Of a DNA stretch of 64,000 bases, positions 47,301 through 60,200 are shown in pieces. The position numbers and the translations under genes were made by a program. Location of the stretch: positions 75,332,001 to 75,396,000 of the forward strand of contig OZ076409.1 of assembly GCA_964187785.1 (NCBI GenBank). The letters run 5' to 3'. The notes beneath the pieces were generated by a model. That model made no database searches. It was not told the DNA's origin and worked only from the letters and a program-made list of their open reading frames with translations. Numbering within the stretch: position 1 is the first letter of the stretch; each line of letters begins with the position of its first letter. The stretch comes from Amphiscolops sp. MND2022. Its lineage: Eukaryota.

Positions 47301-50300
47301 GAGATACAAGCGGTAGTGATCAAAATGTGATTTATCGCAATTTGGTGGTGCTTTTGGTGTATTTTGATTCTTTTAAATAAAAAGTTGTTCTTTATATATT
47401 TGGTGTATTGATTCAAATTAACAAGAAACAGTTGAGTACATTTCATCTCCCCCCTTGTGGGGGAGATGAGGATGTAACCGCTGAATGACACGCACAATGG
47501 CCCACTTTTACTTTTATGCGACGTTTTCTAGGCTTTTGCGCAAGCCCACTAATATTTAGACTGGTTTCCTTTTCTTTTACTCCAAAATTTTCCGTACTAA
47601 CCACCTTACGCACCACCAGCTCAACGTAACATCTGTAACGTCAACGCCACACACTCTCACTAACGCCCACCGTCCGTGGGCATGCCGAGGCATGCCCTTC
47701 GACGACGTATGCCAAATAGCGCCACAGGGCGCCCAATTTTGTCTAGGTGCCGGGATTTCTATTCGTTCGAGTATGTGGCGCGTGTGGGTAGGGCCCCTGG
47801 CGCGCTCTTGTGTTTGGGGGTTTCCTACTTCTAAATCACGTTCAGATTTCCGGGATCTCGTAAACTATCCATACGATTTGGCTGAAATTTGGCACACGTA
47901 CCCCCCTCGGCACGGTGAAGATGATTTCCTACTGACGTTTTTCCCGCTAAACATTTTTTGTTGACCAAAATAACGGTTTTTGGGGGAAAATTTTTGATTT
48001 TTTTTAAATTTTATCTTATATCTCGCCACGGGTCCACGCTAGCGCTTCCAAACCTTGCTGACGAAACCTCGCAAACTGTCTCAGGAATGCTGTGTGAAAT
48101 TTTCAGCTCAATCGGACTTAAACTCGGGGAGATATAGCGTTTTTCCGGAGCGGGGGGGTTTCATTTTTCTAACGGTCCAGCTTATCTTTGCCATTTTTTC
48201 GAAAATGCACTCGCCTAAAGGCCTCCCCTGGCCGGTTTTACTCCCAAAAAAACCATTTGGCCCTAAATACGGAGTTTCAGCGTTCTAGCATTCCGGGGCG
48301 AAAAGTTGTGGTACTTAGTAAATTTCAAAAATTTTCAAAAATTTTTTTTTCGTTATTTGGGCCCCCAAAGTGGGGGAAAAGACCCCCCAACCAGTAATTT
48401 GAGTGAATTCATGTGGAAAGGCCATGTTTAGCGGCGAAAAATGCTTTTTAGATCGTCTTTTTATTTTAACCTGTTGTTGACTTATGTTGTTTTGAAGGTG
48501 ATGTTTGGATGTGTGAAGCATGTGAAAAGGTAATTTTTTGTGTCTTTATCTCTTCTAAAAGCCATTGAGATGCAATCTGTTTTGCTCAAAACGTAATTCA
48601 ATGCAATTTGGCAGTCAATGAACACAATTTGGTGTCTTTTGTTATATTTTTCTGTTGATATAATAAAAAATTTTGTGTCTTTATTAATTTTTTTTAAATA
48701 AAATAACTTGAAACAGTTGAGTACATTCCATCCCCCCCTTCCGGAGGAGATGGAAATGTACTCGCTAAAAGCCGCGAACAAGAGCCCATACCTTCCTGCG
48801 CTACGCAGTATAAAGATTGCATGTTGGTTCCGACTTTTTGGTAGTGTTATATCTTGGTAATTTGACTGAATATGGAGAAAAATCAGCAAGTGCTCTTTTA
48901 TAGCAAATTGCTGACAACGACAATTTTTTTATATCAACGCCCCCATATTTATCAACGCCCCCCGTCCGTGGGCATGCCGAGGCATGCCCTTCGACGACGT
49001 ATACCAAGATATACTCCCGAGCGCGGTAGCCGCTAGGTGGCCGTGTCTTTTCGACGTGCTTTTGCATTGAGGAGTGGGTAGGGCCCCGCGACGACCTAGA
49101 AGAATTGGATGCTCACCGAAACGTGCAGAATTCTACGAGATCTCATAGTTTGAGCCATACGATTTTTCTGAAATTTGGCATGTGGCCTGGAATTGGTGAG
49201 TAGGTAAAACGTGTAGGAGGTGATTTTTCCCAAATTCCACTGTGAGACGAGATATGGGCAAATAACGGTCCCAAAAATGGCAAAAATGCACTTTTTTCAA
49301 ATTTGTCAGCCCATATCTCGTTCCCAGGTGCCCGGAGCGGGACGCGTTAAGCTGATTATAAACTCTAGGGTGTTGAGGCTGTACGGGGAAGTCAGGCCCG
49401 TTCCGATCGGACTTGTAGTCTTGGAGAAATAACGGTATTTTTGGGGAACCTTTTCTAACGGTCCAGCTTATCTTTGCCATTTTTTCGAAAATGTACTCGC
49501 CTAAAGGCCTCCCCCTGGCCGAATTTACTCCCAGCAAAACCATTTGGCCCTAAATACGGAGTTTCAGCGTTCCAGCATTCCCGGGCGAAAAGTTGTGGGA
49601 CTTGGAAAATTTTCAAAAATTTTCAAAATTTTTTTTTTCGTTTTCCGGGCCCCCAAATGAAGGGGAAACGACCCCCCAACCAGTATTTTGAGTGAATTCA
49701 TGTGGAAAGCCCTTGTTTTGACGAGAAAAGTACCGTTTAGAACATCTTTTTATCTTGACTCAACGTTGACTTATGACGTTTTGAATGTGATGTAAGGATG
49801 TAGGAGGCATGTGATAAGTTGATGTTTTGAGTCTTTATCTCATATGAAAGCGGTTGAGATGCAAGCTGTCCTGCTCAAAACGTCTTTCGTTGTAATTTTC
49901 CAGTGCACCAATACCCTTTGGTGTCATATAAACATACTTTTCGTCGATATATTAACAATTTTAATGTATTTATTCCAATTTTTATTATCTTTTAACTCAA
50001 AACATTTGAGTACATTTCATCTCCCTTTCGGGGGAGATGAGAATGTACTCGCTAAAGACCTAGCGCCATGACCAAAAGTTTGAAACCCACGTTTTTTATC
50101 TTCTTACAGACTTGTTTTTGTATTTTTTCGGAATCTTTTAAAAATTAATATACTTGAAATACATTACTTGACTTTACTACTACAATCCACCTCCAACGTC
50201 AACGCCCCCTTGCTTGCATCAACGCCCACCGTCCGTGGGCATGCCGAGGCATGCCCTTCGACGACGTATGCCAAATGCCCAGTGCCACGCAGTCATTATC

Positions 50301-52857
50301 GCTAGGTGGCCGTGTCTTTTCGACGTGCTTTTGCATTGAGGAGTGGGTAGGGCCCCGCGACGACCTAGAAGAATTGGATGCTCACCGAAACGTGCAGAAT
50401 TCTACGAGATCTCATAGTTTGAGCCATACGATTTTTCTGAAATTTGGCATGTGGCCTGGAATTGGTGAGTAGGTAAAACGTGTAGAAGGTAATTTTTCCC
50501 AAATTCCACTGTGAGAGGAGATATGGGCAAATAACGGACCCAAAAATGGCAAAAGTGCACATTTTTCAACTTTGTCAGCCAATATCTCTTTTCCAGGTGC
50601 CCGTAGCGTTCCGCACGTGGACATCAATATTGCTCAGCGCTGTTGGAGGAGTGCGTGGACAAATTTTGGTTGAAATCGGACTTGAACTTGACGAGAAATT
50701 AACGGTTTTTTGGGCGTTTCCGGGGTAAATTTTTTAACGGTCCAGCTTATCTTTGCCATTTTTTCGAAAATGTACATGCCTAAAGGCCTCCCCCTGGCCG
50801 AATTTACTCCCAGCAAACCCATTTGGCCCTAAATACGGAGTTTCAGCGTTCCAGCATTCCGGGGCGGAAAGTTGTGGGACTTGGAAAAATTTCAAAATTT
50901 TTTCAAAAAATTTTTTTCCCGTTTTCCGGGCCCCCAGTGAAGGGGAACGACCCCCCAACCAGTATTTTGAGTGAATTCATGTGGAACGCCCATGTTTGGA
51001 GGAGAAAAATGCCGTTTAGCACATCTTTTTATCTTAACTTGACATTGACTTATGACGTTTTGAATGTGATGTTAGGATATATGAAGCATGTTAAAAGTTG
51101 AAGTTTTGAGTCTTTATCTCATCGGAAAACCATTGAGATACAAGCAGTTTTGCTAAAAACGATTTTCATTGTAGGTTAGCAGAGTATTAGTACACTTTGA
51201 TGTCATTTGAGTATTTTTTTCTTCTATATAATAACTGTTTTTATGTATTTATTCCAATTTATCTCATCTTTTAACATCAAGCAGTTGAGTACATTTCATC
51301 TCCCTTTCGGGGGAGATGAGAATGTACTCGCTAAAAACCTAATGCTATGGCGCCAATGTTTGGATGGGAAGTTTTCTATGCTTTGAAAAAAGTTATTTTT
51401 AATTACTTGATTTTTTAAAACAATAATTAACATGAAGTACATTACTTGATCCTACTACTACCACCATACATCTCTAACGTCAACGCCCCCTGGTTGCATC
51501 AACGCCCCATCGTCCGTGGGCATGCCGAGGCATGCCCTTCGACGACGTATGCCAAATGCCCAGTGCCACGCAGTCTTTTCCCGCTAGGTGGCCGTGTCTT
51601 TTCGACGTGCTTTTGCATTGAGGAGTGGGTAGGGCCCCGCGACGACCTAGAAGAATTGGATGCTCACCGAAACGTGCAGAATTCTACGAGATCTCATAGT
51701 TTGAGCCATACGATTTTTCTGAAATTTGGCATGTGGCCTGGAATTGGTGAGTAGGTAAAACGTGTAGGAGGTGATTTTTCCCAAATTCCACTGTGAGACG
51801 AGATATGGGCAAATAACGGTCCCAAAAATGGCAAAAATGCACATTTTTCAACTTTGTCAGCCCATATCTCGTTCCCAGGTGCCCGGAGCGGGACTCGTTA
51901 AGCTGATTATAAACTCTAGGGTGTTGAGGCTTTACAGGGAAGTCAGGCCCGTTCCGATCGGACTTGTAGTCTTGGAGAAATAACGGTATTTTTGGGGAAC
52001 CTTCTCTAACGGTCCAGCTTATCTTTGCCATTTTTTCGAAAATGTACTCGCCTAAAGGCCTCCCCCTGGCCGAATTTACTCCCAGCAAAACCATTTGGCC
52101 CTAAATACGGAGTTTCAGCGTTCCAGCATTCCCGGGCGAAAAGTTGTGGGACTTGGAAAATTTTCAAAAATTTTCAAAAAAATTTTTTTTCGTTTTCCGG
52201 GCCCCCAATGAAGGGGAAACGACCCCCCAACCAGTATTTTGAGTGAATTCATGTGGAAAGCCCTTGTTTTGACGAGAAAAATACCGTTTAGAACATCTTT
52301 TTATCTTGACTCAACGTTGACTTATGACGTTTTGAATGTGATGTAAGGATGTAGGAGGCATGTGATAAGTTGATGTTTTGAGTCTTTATCTCATATGAAA
52401 GCGGTTGAGATGCAAGCTGTCCTGCTCAAAACGTCTTTCGTTGTAATTTTCCAGTGCACCAATACCCTTTGGTGTCATATAAACATACTTTTTGTCGATA
52501 TATTAACAATTTTAATGTATTTATTCCAATTTTTATTATCTTATAACTCAAAACAGTTGAGTACATTTCATCTCCCTTTCGGGGGAGATGAGAATGTACT
52601 CGCTAAAGACCTAGCGCCATGACCAAAAGTTTGAAACCCACGTTTTTTATCTTCTTACAGACTTGTTTTTGTATTTTTTTCGGAATTTTTTAAAAATTAA
52701 TATACTTGAAATACATTACTTGACTTTACTACTACAACCCACCTCCAACGACAACGCCCCCCTGCTTGCATCAACGCCCACCGTCCGTGGGCATGCCGAG
52801 GCATGCCCTTCGACGACGTATGCCAAATGCCCAGTGCCACGCAGTCATTATCGCTAG
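41326..52857 (+). mobile_element. Nine class A units
   Basis: Lengths 1282, 1276, 1286, 1290, 1287, 1290, 1269, 1282 and 1270, with several subfamilies interleaved. Confidence 0.65.
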
Positions 52858-54238
52858 GTGGCGGGGGTGCCTCATGCCCCTCAAAAAATCACGAGCGCGG
52901 GTAGGGTCCTGCGCGAGTTCAAGAAGTGAAACATCGATATTTCGAAGCAACACTTTTGGAAGCTATCTTTTTATTGAACCATACGATTTGAACCATTTTT
53001 TGCATGTGGCTTTGGAATCAGGTTATAAGAACTTTTTCCTGCTGACAGTTTAACCGGAAATCATTTGGTGTTGACTTTTGGCCAAAAAACCGGTTATAAC
53101 GTCGAAAATCAACGTTATATCCGAATTGTCGTCGTAACTTTTTTCCAGGGCGTCCTAGCGATTTTTGTTGCTCCTACATTGCGTTGCAGCATGTGAAAAT
53201 ACATCTGCTGTGAAATTTTGGTTGCAATCGGATCACCCCCCTCCGAGATTGAGGGGTACCCCCCTCCAATTTTACCCCCAAAATTTAGGAAAATGATAAT
53301 TTTGAGCATGAAGCTGTGGATTGAGCGTGTCCGCACCCTGCTGAAGGATTGTCGGGCGCATTAAGGTGAATCCGATGACATGTGTAGTTATCACCCCCAA
53401 CCCCCCCTGGGACCGGAAATGACCCTTTTTTGTGTATTTTGACAGGAAGTTGTGGTTTTCAGTCGTAAGACGTTGTTTTATGTTCGCTTTACAGGGTATC
53501 AAAGTTGAAACACAGCATGAGAACAACTTAGTGACCACATTTTGGCCAGTCGGGGGTAACGTAATTACCGGAAATAGGGTCGAAACCCCCCAAAATTGAT
53601 GTTTTTTAACCATTATGACTCGTTTATTGATCACGTATAGGTCCGATAGGTCTCATTAACTATTGTCAAGATGAACAGCTGATCAATTAACGAAGTCTTA
53701 ACGACGCTTTCAGAAACCGGAAGTTACCCCCTTGACCGGAAGTGGTCCATTTTGACCGGAAATGGTGCGAAAAATAGATCAAAAACGTCTTTTTTGTTTA
53801 ATTTCTGTATACTTCGTCAGATATTTTTGAAATTTTGAAGGTTGTGGTTGAAAGTAGGATTAAAAGACTGAATCGCTGCAGAATGATGATCACCTTTGTC
53901 ACCCCCCGATAGCCTTCCAAGTTGACTTTGGGTCAAGCTTGAAGGCTATCTGTTATGAAAACAAAAAACAAAGCAGAACCCCCTGTCCCCGTGGTTGTTA
54001 AATTCTGCTTAGATCAGTTCAATGCAGAGAGTACTTTTGTTAAGGTAAACAAATAGCGTTACTTTTACGTTTCTTATAGTTGTTCACCCCCACCCGCCAA
54101 AATTTCATGCACCTCCCCCCTCAGTACAACGCCACATAGCGTTTCGACGCCCACGGTCTGTGGGCATGCCGAGGCATGCCCTTCGACGACATATGCCAAA
54201 TGAGCCTTTCCCGCACTCTGGAGTGCGGTAGCAGCTAG
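52858..54238 (+). mobile_element. 1381-bp unit (class E)
   Basis: GATAGCC hairpin at 53908-53950 and CCGGAA triplet at 53717/53736/53756. It is alignable by eye with 33023-34410 but strongly diverged. Confidence 0.6.
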
Positions 54239-57200
54239 GTGCCCGGATTTCTATTCATTAAAGTATGTTGCGCGTGTGGGTAGGGCCCCTGGCGCGCTCT
54301 TGTGTCCCTGTTCTCATAACTGCAATTTCCGGCAGCATTCTGAGCGATTTTCTAAACTATCCATACGATTCGGCTGAAATTTGGCATGTGAGTTCCTATG
54401 ACAGTTCTAAGAAACATTTCCTACTGGCGTTTTGCCCGCAAAATTTTTTTTGTTGACTTATAACGGTTTTTTTGGCCAAAAAATGCGATTTTTTCAAAAA
54501 ATTTCTTTTTCGGAGCCCATATCTTTTTTCAGGGTGCCCGGAGCGTGACGCGTTAAACTGATTATAAACTCTACGGTTCATGGGCTTTACGGAGAACCTA
54601 GGCTCGTTTCGATCGGACAAATAGTCTTGGAGATATAACGGCATTTTTTGGGAATTTTTTGGAAATTTTTCTAACGGTCCAGCTTATCTTTGCCATTTTT
54701 TCGAAAATGTACTCGCCTAAAGGCCTCCCCTGGCCGGTTTTAATCCCAGCAAAACCATTTGGCCCTAAATACGGAGTTTCAGCGTTCCAGCATTCCCGGG
54801 CGAAAAGTTGTGGGACTTAGAAAAATTTCAAAATTTTTCAAAATTTTTTTTTCCGATTTCCGCCCTCCCCCCCGAGGGGAAAAGACCCCCCAACCAGTAA
54901 TTTGAGTGAATTCATGTGGAAAGGCCATGTTTAGAGGAGAAAAATGCCGTTTAGATCGTCTTTTTATTTTAACCTGTCGTTGACTTATGTTGTTTTGAAG
55001 GTGATGTTTGGATGTGTGAAGCATGTGAAAAGGTAATTTATTGTGTCTTTAGCTCTTCTAAAAGTCATTGAGATACACGGTGTGTGACTCAGAACGTGTT
55101 TAATTCTAAATTAGCAATGCATCAACACTTTTTTGTGTCTTTTGACTCTGTTTTAAAAAATTTTTCCGACTAAAATCAAAAATTATTTATAATTATTCAC
55201 ATTTTTTTTCTGATCTCATGACTCGAAACAGTTGAGTACATTCCATCTCCCTTCACGGGGGAGATGAGAATGTACTCTTTAGAGACCAGGTACTACAGTA
55301 CTTACCTTCCCCGAGCAACGCCCCATAAAAATTGCGTTTTGATCCAGATATTTTGACATAATTTAATCTTTGTAATTTGACTGGAAATGAAGAAAATGCC
55401 GCACGTGCTCTTTTATATCAAGTATCTTAACAACGCCATCTCTTTTACGTCAACGCCCCATAGTTCACATCAACGCCCACCGTCCGTGGGCATGCCGAGG
55501 CATGCCCTTCGACGACGTATGCCCAAGATATACCCCGAGCGCGGTAGCTGCTAGGTGCCGGGATTTCTATTCGATAAAGTATGTGGCGCGTGTGGGTAGG
55601 GTCCCTGGCGCGCTCTTGGGTATGGTGTTCACCAGCTAGGAAATAGGGGTCGATTTTTCGGGATCTCCTAAACTAGCCACACGATTTGGCTGAAATTTGG
55701 CACACGTACCCCCCTCGGCACGGTGAAGATGATTTCCTACTGACGTTTTTCCCGCAAAATTTTTTTTGTTGTCCAAAATAACGGTTTTTGGGGTAAAATT
55801 TTGAATTTTTTTTAAATTTATCTTATATCTCGCCACCGGTTTACGCTAGCGCTTGAAAACCCTGCTAAAGAAAGCTTGCAAACTGTCTCAGGAATGCGTT
55901 GTGAAATTTTCAGCTCAATCGGACTTAAACTCGGGGAGATATAGCGTTTTTCCGGAGCGGGGGGGTTTCATTTTTCTAACGGTCCAGCTTATCTTTGCCA
56001 TTTTTTCGAAAATGCACTCGCCTAAAGGCCTCCCCTGGCCAGTTTTATTCCCAGCAAAACCATTTGGCCCTAAATACGGAGTTTCAGCGTTCCAGCATTC
56101 CCGGGCGAAAAGTTGTGGGACTTAGAAAAGTTCAAAAATTTTCAAAAAATTTTTTTTCCGTTTTCCGCCCTCCCCCCCTAGGGGAAAAGACCCCCCAACC
56201 AGTAATTTGAGTGAATTCATGTGGAAAGGCCATGTTTAGAGGAGAAAAATGCCGTTTAGAACGTCTTTTTATTTTAACCTGTCGTTGACTTATAACGTTT
56301 TGAAGGTGATGTTTGGAGGTGTGAAGCACGTGAAAAGTAAACGTTATGAGTATTTATCTGATCTGAAAGCCATTGAGATGCAATCTGTTTTGCTCAAAAC
56401 GTAATTCATATCCGTTTGGTAGTCAATCAACACCCTTTGTTGTCATTTGACATCTTTTTTTGTTGATATAAGAAAAAATTTCGTGTATTTATTCATTTTT
56501 TTCTCATCAAATAACTTGAAACAGTTGAGTACATTCCATCCCCCCTTCACGGGGGAGATGAGAATGTACTCGCAAAAAGCCCCAAACTACGGCCCTTACC
56601 TTCCTGAGCTACGCAGTATAAAGATTGCATATTGGTTCCGACATTTTGATAGAGTTATATCTTGGTAATCTGTCTGGGTATGCAGAAAAACCAGCACGTG
56701 CTTTTTTATACCAAGTTGCTCACAACGACATTTATTTTATATCAACGCCCCCATATTTATCAACGCCCCCCGTCCGTGGGCATGCCGAGGCATGCCCTTC
56801 GACGACGTGCACCAAGATATACTTCGAGCGCGTTAGCCTAGGTGGCCGTGTCTTTTCGACGTGCTTTTGCATTGAGGAGTGGGTAGGGCCCCGCGACGAC
56901 CTAGAAGAATTGGATGCTCACCGAAACGTGCAGAATTCTACGAGATCTCATAGTTTGAGCCATACGATTTTTCTGAAATTTGGCATGTGGCCTGGAATTG
57001 GTGAGTAGGTAAAACGTGTAGGAGGTGATTTTTCCCAAATTCCACTGTGAGACGAGATATGGGCAAATAACGGTCCCAAAAATGGCAAAAATGCACTTTT
57101 TTCAACTTTGTCAGCCCATATCTCGTTCCCAGGTGCCCGGAGCGGGACGCGTTAAGCTGATTATAAACTCTAGGGTGTTGAGGCTGTACGGGGAAGTCAG

Positions 57201-60200
57201 GCCCGTTCCGATCGGACTTGTAGTCTTGGAGAAATAACGGTATTTTTGGGGAACCTTTTCTAACGGTCCAGCTTATCTTTGCCATTTTTTCGAAAATGTA
57301 CTCGCCTAAAGGCCTCCCCCTGGCCGAATTTACTCCCAGCAAAACCATTTGGCCCTAAATACGGAGTTTCAGCGTTCCAGCATTCCCGGGCGAAAAGTTG
57401 TGGGACTTGGAAAATTTTCAAAAATTTTCAAAATTTTTTTTTTCGTTTTCCGGGCCCCCAATGAAGGGGAAACGACCCCCCAACCAGTATTTTGAGTGAA
57501 TTCATGTGGAAAGCCCTTGCTTTGACGAGAAAAGTACCGTTTAGAACATCTTTTTATCTTGACTCAACGTTGACTTATGACGTTTTGAATGTGATGTAAG
57601 GATGTAGGAGGCATGTGATAAGTTGATGTTTTGAGTCTTTATCTCATATGAAAGCGGTTGAGATGCAAGCTGTCCTGCTCAAAACGTCTTTCGTTGTAAT
57701 TTTCCAGTGCACCAATACCCTTTGGTGTCATATAAACATACTTTTCGTCGATATATTAACAATTTTAATGTATTTATTCCAATTTTTATTATCTTTTAAC
57801 TCAAAACAGTTGAGTACATTTCATCTCCCTTTCGGGGGAGATGAGAATGTACTCGCTAAAGACCTAGCGCCATGACCAAAAGTTTGAAACCCGCGTTTTT
57901 TATCTTCTTACAGACTTGTTTTTGTATTTTTTCGGAATTTTTTAAAAATTAATATACTTGAAATACATTACTTGACTTTACTACTACAATCCACCTCCAA
58001 CGTCAACGCCCCCTTGCTTGCATCAACGCCCACCGTCCGTGGGCATGCCGAGGCATGCCCTTCGACGACGTATGCCAAATGCCCAGTGCCACGCAGTCAT
58101 TATCGCTAGGTGCCGGGATTTCTATTCGATAAAGTATGTGGCGCGTGTGGGTAGGGCCCCTGGCGCGCTCTTGGGTATGGTGTTCACCAGCTAGGAAATA
58201 GGGGTCGATTTTTCGGGATCTCCTAAACTAGCCACACGATTTGGCTGAAATTTGGCACACGTACCCCCCTCGGCACGGTGAAGATGATTTCCTACTGACG
58301 TTTTGCTCGCAAAATTTTTTTTGTTGTCCAAAATAACGGTTTTTGGTGGAAAATTTTGAACTTTTTTTAAATTTCATCTTATATCTCGCCACGGGTTTAC
58401 GCTAGCGCTTCAAAACCCTGCTAAAGAAAGCTTGCAAACTGTCTCAGGAATGCGGTGTGAAATTTTCAGCTCAATCGGACTCAAACTCGGGGAGATATAG
58501 CGTTTTTCCGGAGCGGGGGGGTTTCATTTTTCTAACGGTCCAGCTTATCTTTGCCATTTTTTCGAAAATGCACTCGCCTAAAGGCCTCCCCTGGCCGGTT
58601 TTATTCCCAGCAAAACCATTTGGCCCTAAATACGGAGTTTCAGCGTTCCAGCATTCCCGGGCGAAAAGTTGTGGGACTTAGAAAAGTTCAAAAATTTTCA
58701 AAAAAATTTTTTTCCGTTTTCCGCCCTCCCCCCCTAGGGGAAAAGACCCCCCAACCAGTAATTTGAGTGAATTCATGTGGAAAGGCCATGTTTAGAGGAG
58801 AAAAATCCCGTTTAAATCGTCTTTTTATCTTGGCTCAACGTTGACTTATGACGTTTTGAAGGTGATGTTTGGAGGTGTAAAGCACGTGAATAGTAAACGT
58901 TATGAGTATTTATCTGATCTGAAAGCCATTGAGATGCAATATGGTTTGCTCAAAACGTAATTCATATCCGTTTGGTAGTCAATCAACACCCTTTGTTGTC
59001 ATTTGACATCTTTTTGTGTTGATATAAGAAAAAATTTTGTGTATTTATTCATTTTTTTCTCATCAAATAACTTGAAACAGTTGAGTACATTCCATCCCCC
59101 CTTCACGGGGGAGATGAGAATGTACTCGCAAAAAGCCCCAAACTACGGCCCTTACCTTCCTGAGCTACGCAGTATAAAGATTGCATATTGGTTCCGACAT
59201 TTTGATAGAGTTATATCTTGGTAATCTGTCTGGGTATGCAGAAAAACCAGCACGTGCTTTTTTATACCAAGTTGCTCACAACGACATTTATTTTATATCA
59301 ACGCCCCCATATTTATCAACGCCCCCCGTCCGTGGGCATGCCGAGGCATGCCCTTCGACGACGTATACCAAGATATGTTCGAGCGCGTTAGCCTAGGTGC
59401 CGGGATTTCCATTCGATAAGGAATTCTGCGCGTGTGGGTAGGGCCCCTGGCGCGCTCCTGTGTTTTCGGTTTTCCTACTCCTAAATAGACCCCCTGAATT
59501 CCGGGATCTCCTAAACTATCCATACGATTTGGCTGAAATTTGGCACACGTACCCCCCTCGGCACGGTGAAGATGATTTCCTACTGACGTTTTTCCCGCTA
59601 AACATTTTTTGTTGACCAAAATAACGGTTTTTGGGGTAAAATTTTGAACTTTTTTTAAATTTCATCTTATATCTCGCCACGGGTACACGCTAGCGCTTCC
59701 AAACTTTGCTGACGAAAGTTTGCAAACTGTCTCAGGAATGCTGTGTGAAATTTTCAGCTCAATCGGACTTAAACTCGAGGAGATATAGCGTTTTCCCGGA
59801 GCGGGGGGGTTTCAATTTTCTAACGGTCCAGCTTATCTTTGCCATTTTTTCGAAAATGCACTCGCCTAAAGGCCTCCCCTGGCCAGTTTTATTCCCAACA
59901 AAACCATTTGGCCCTAAATACGGAGTTTCAGCGTTCCAGCATTCCCGGGCGAAAAGTTGTGGGACTTAGAAAAGTTCAAAAATTTTCAAAAAAAAATTTT
60001 TCCGTTATTTGGGCCCTCAAAGTGGGGGAAAAGACCCCCCAACCAGTAAAGCAAGTGAATGCATGTGGAAAGCCCTTGTTTAGACGAGAAAAATGCCGTC
60101 TAGAACGTCTTTTTATCTTAACTTGACATTGACTTTTGTCGTTTTGAAGGTGACCGTTAGATACGGAAAATTGATGTTTTGAGTATTTATCCCATCTGAA

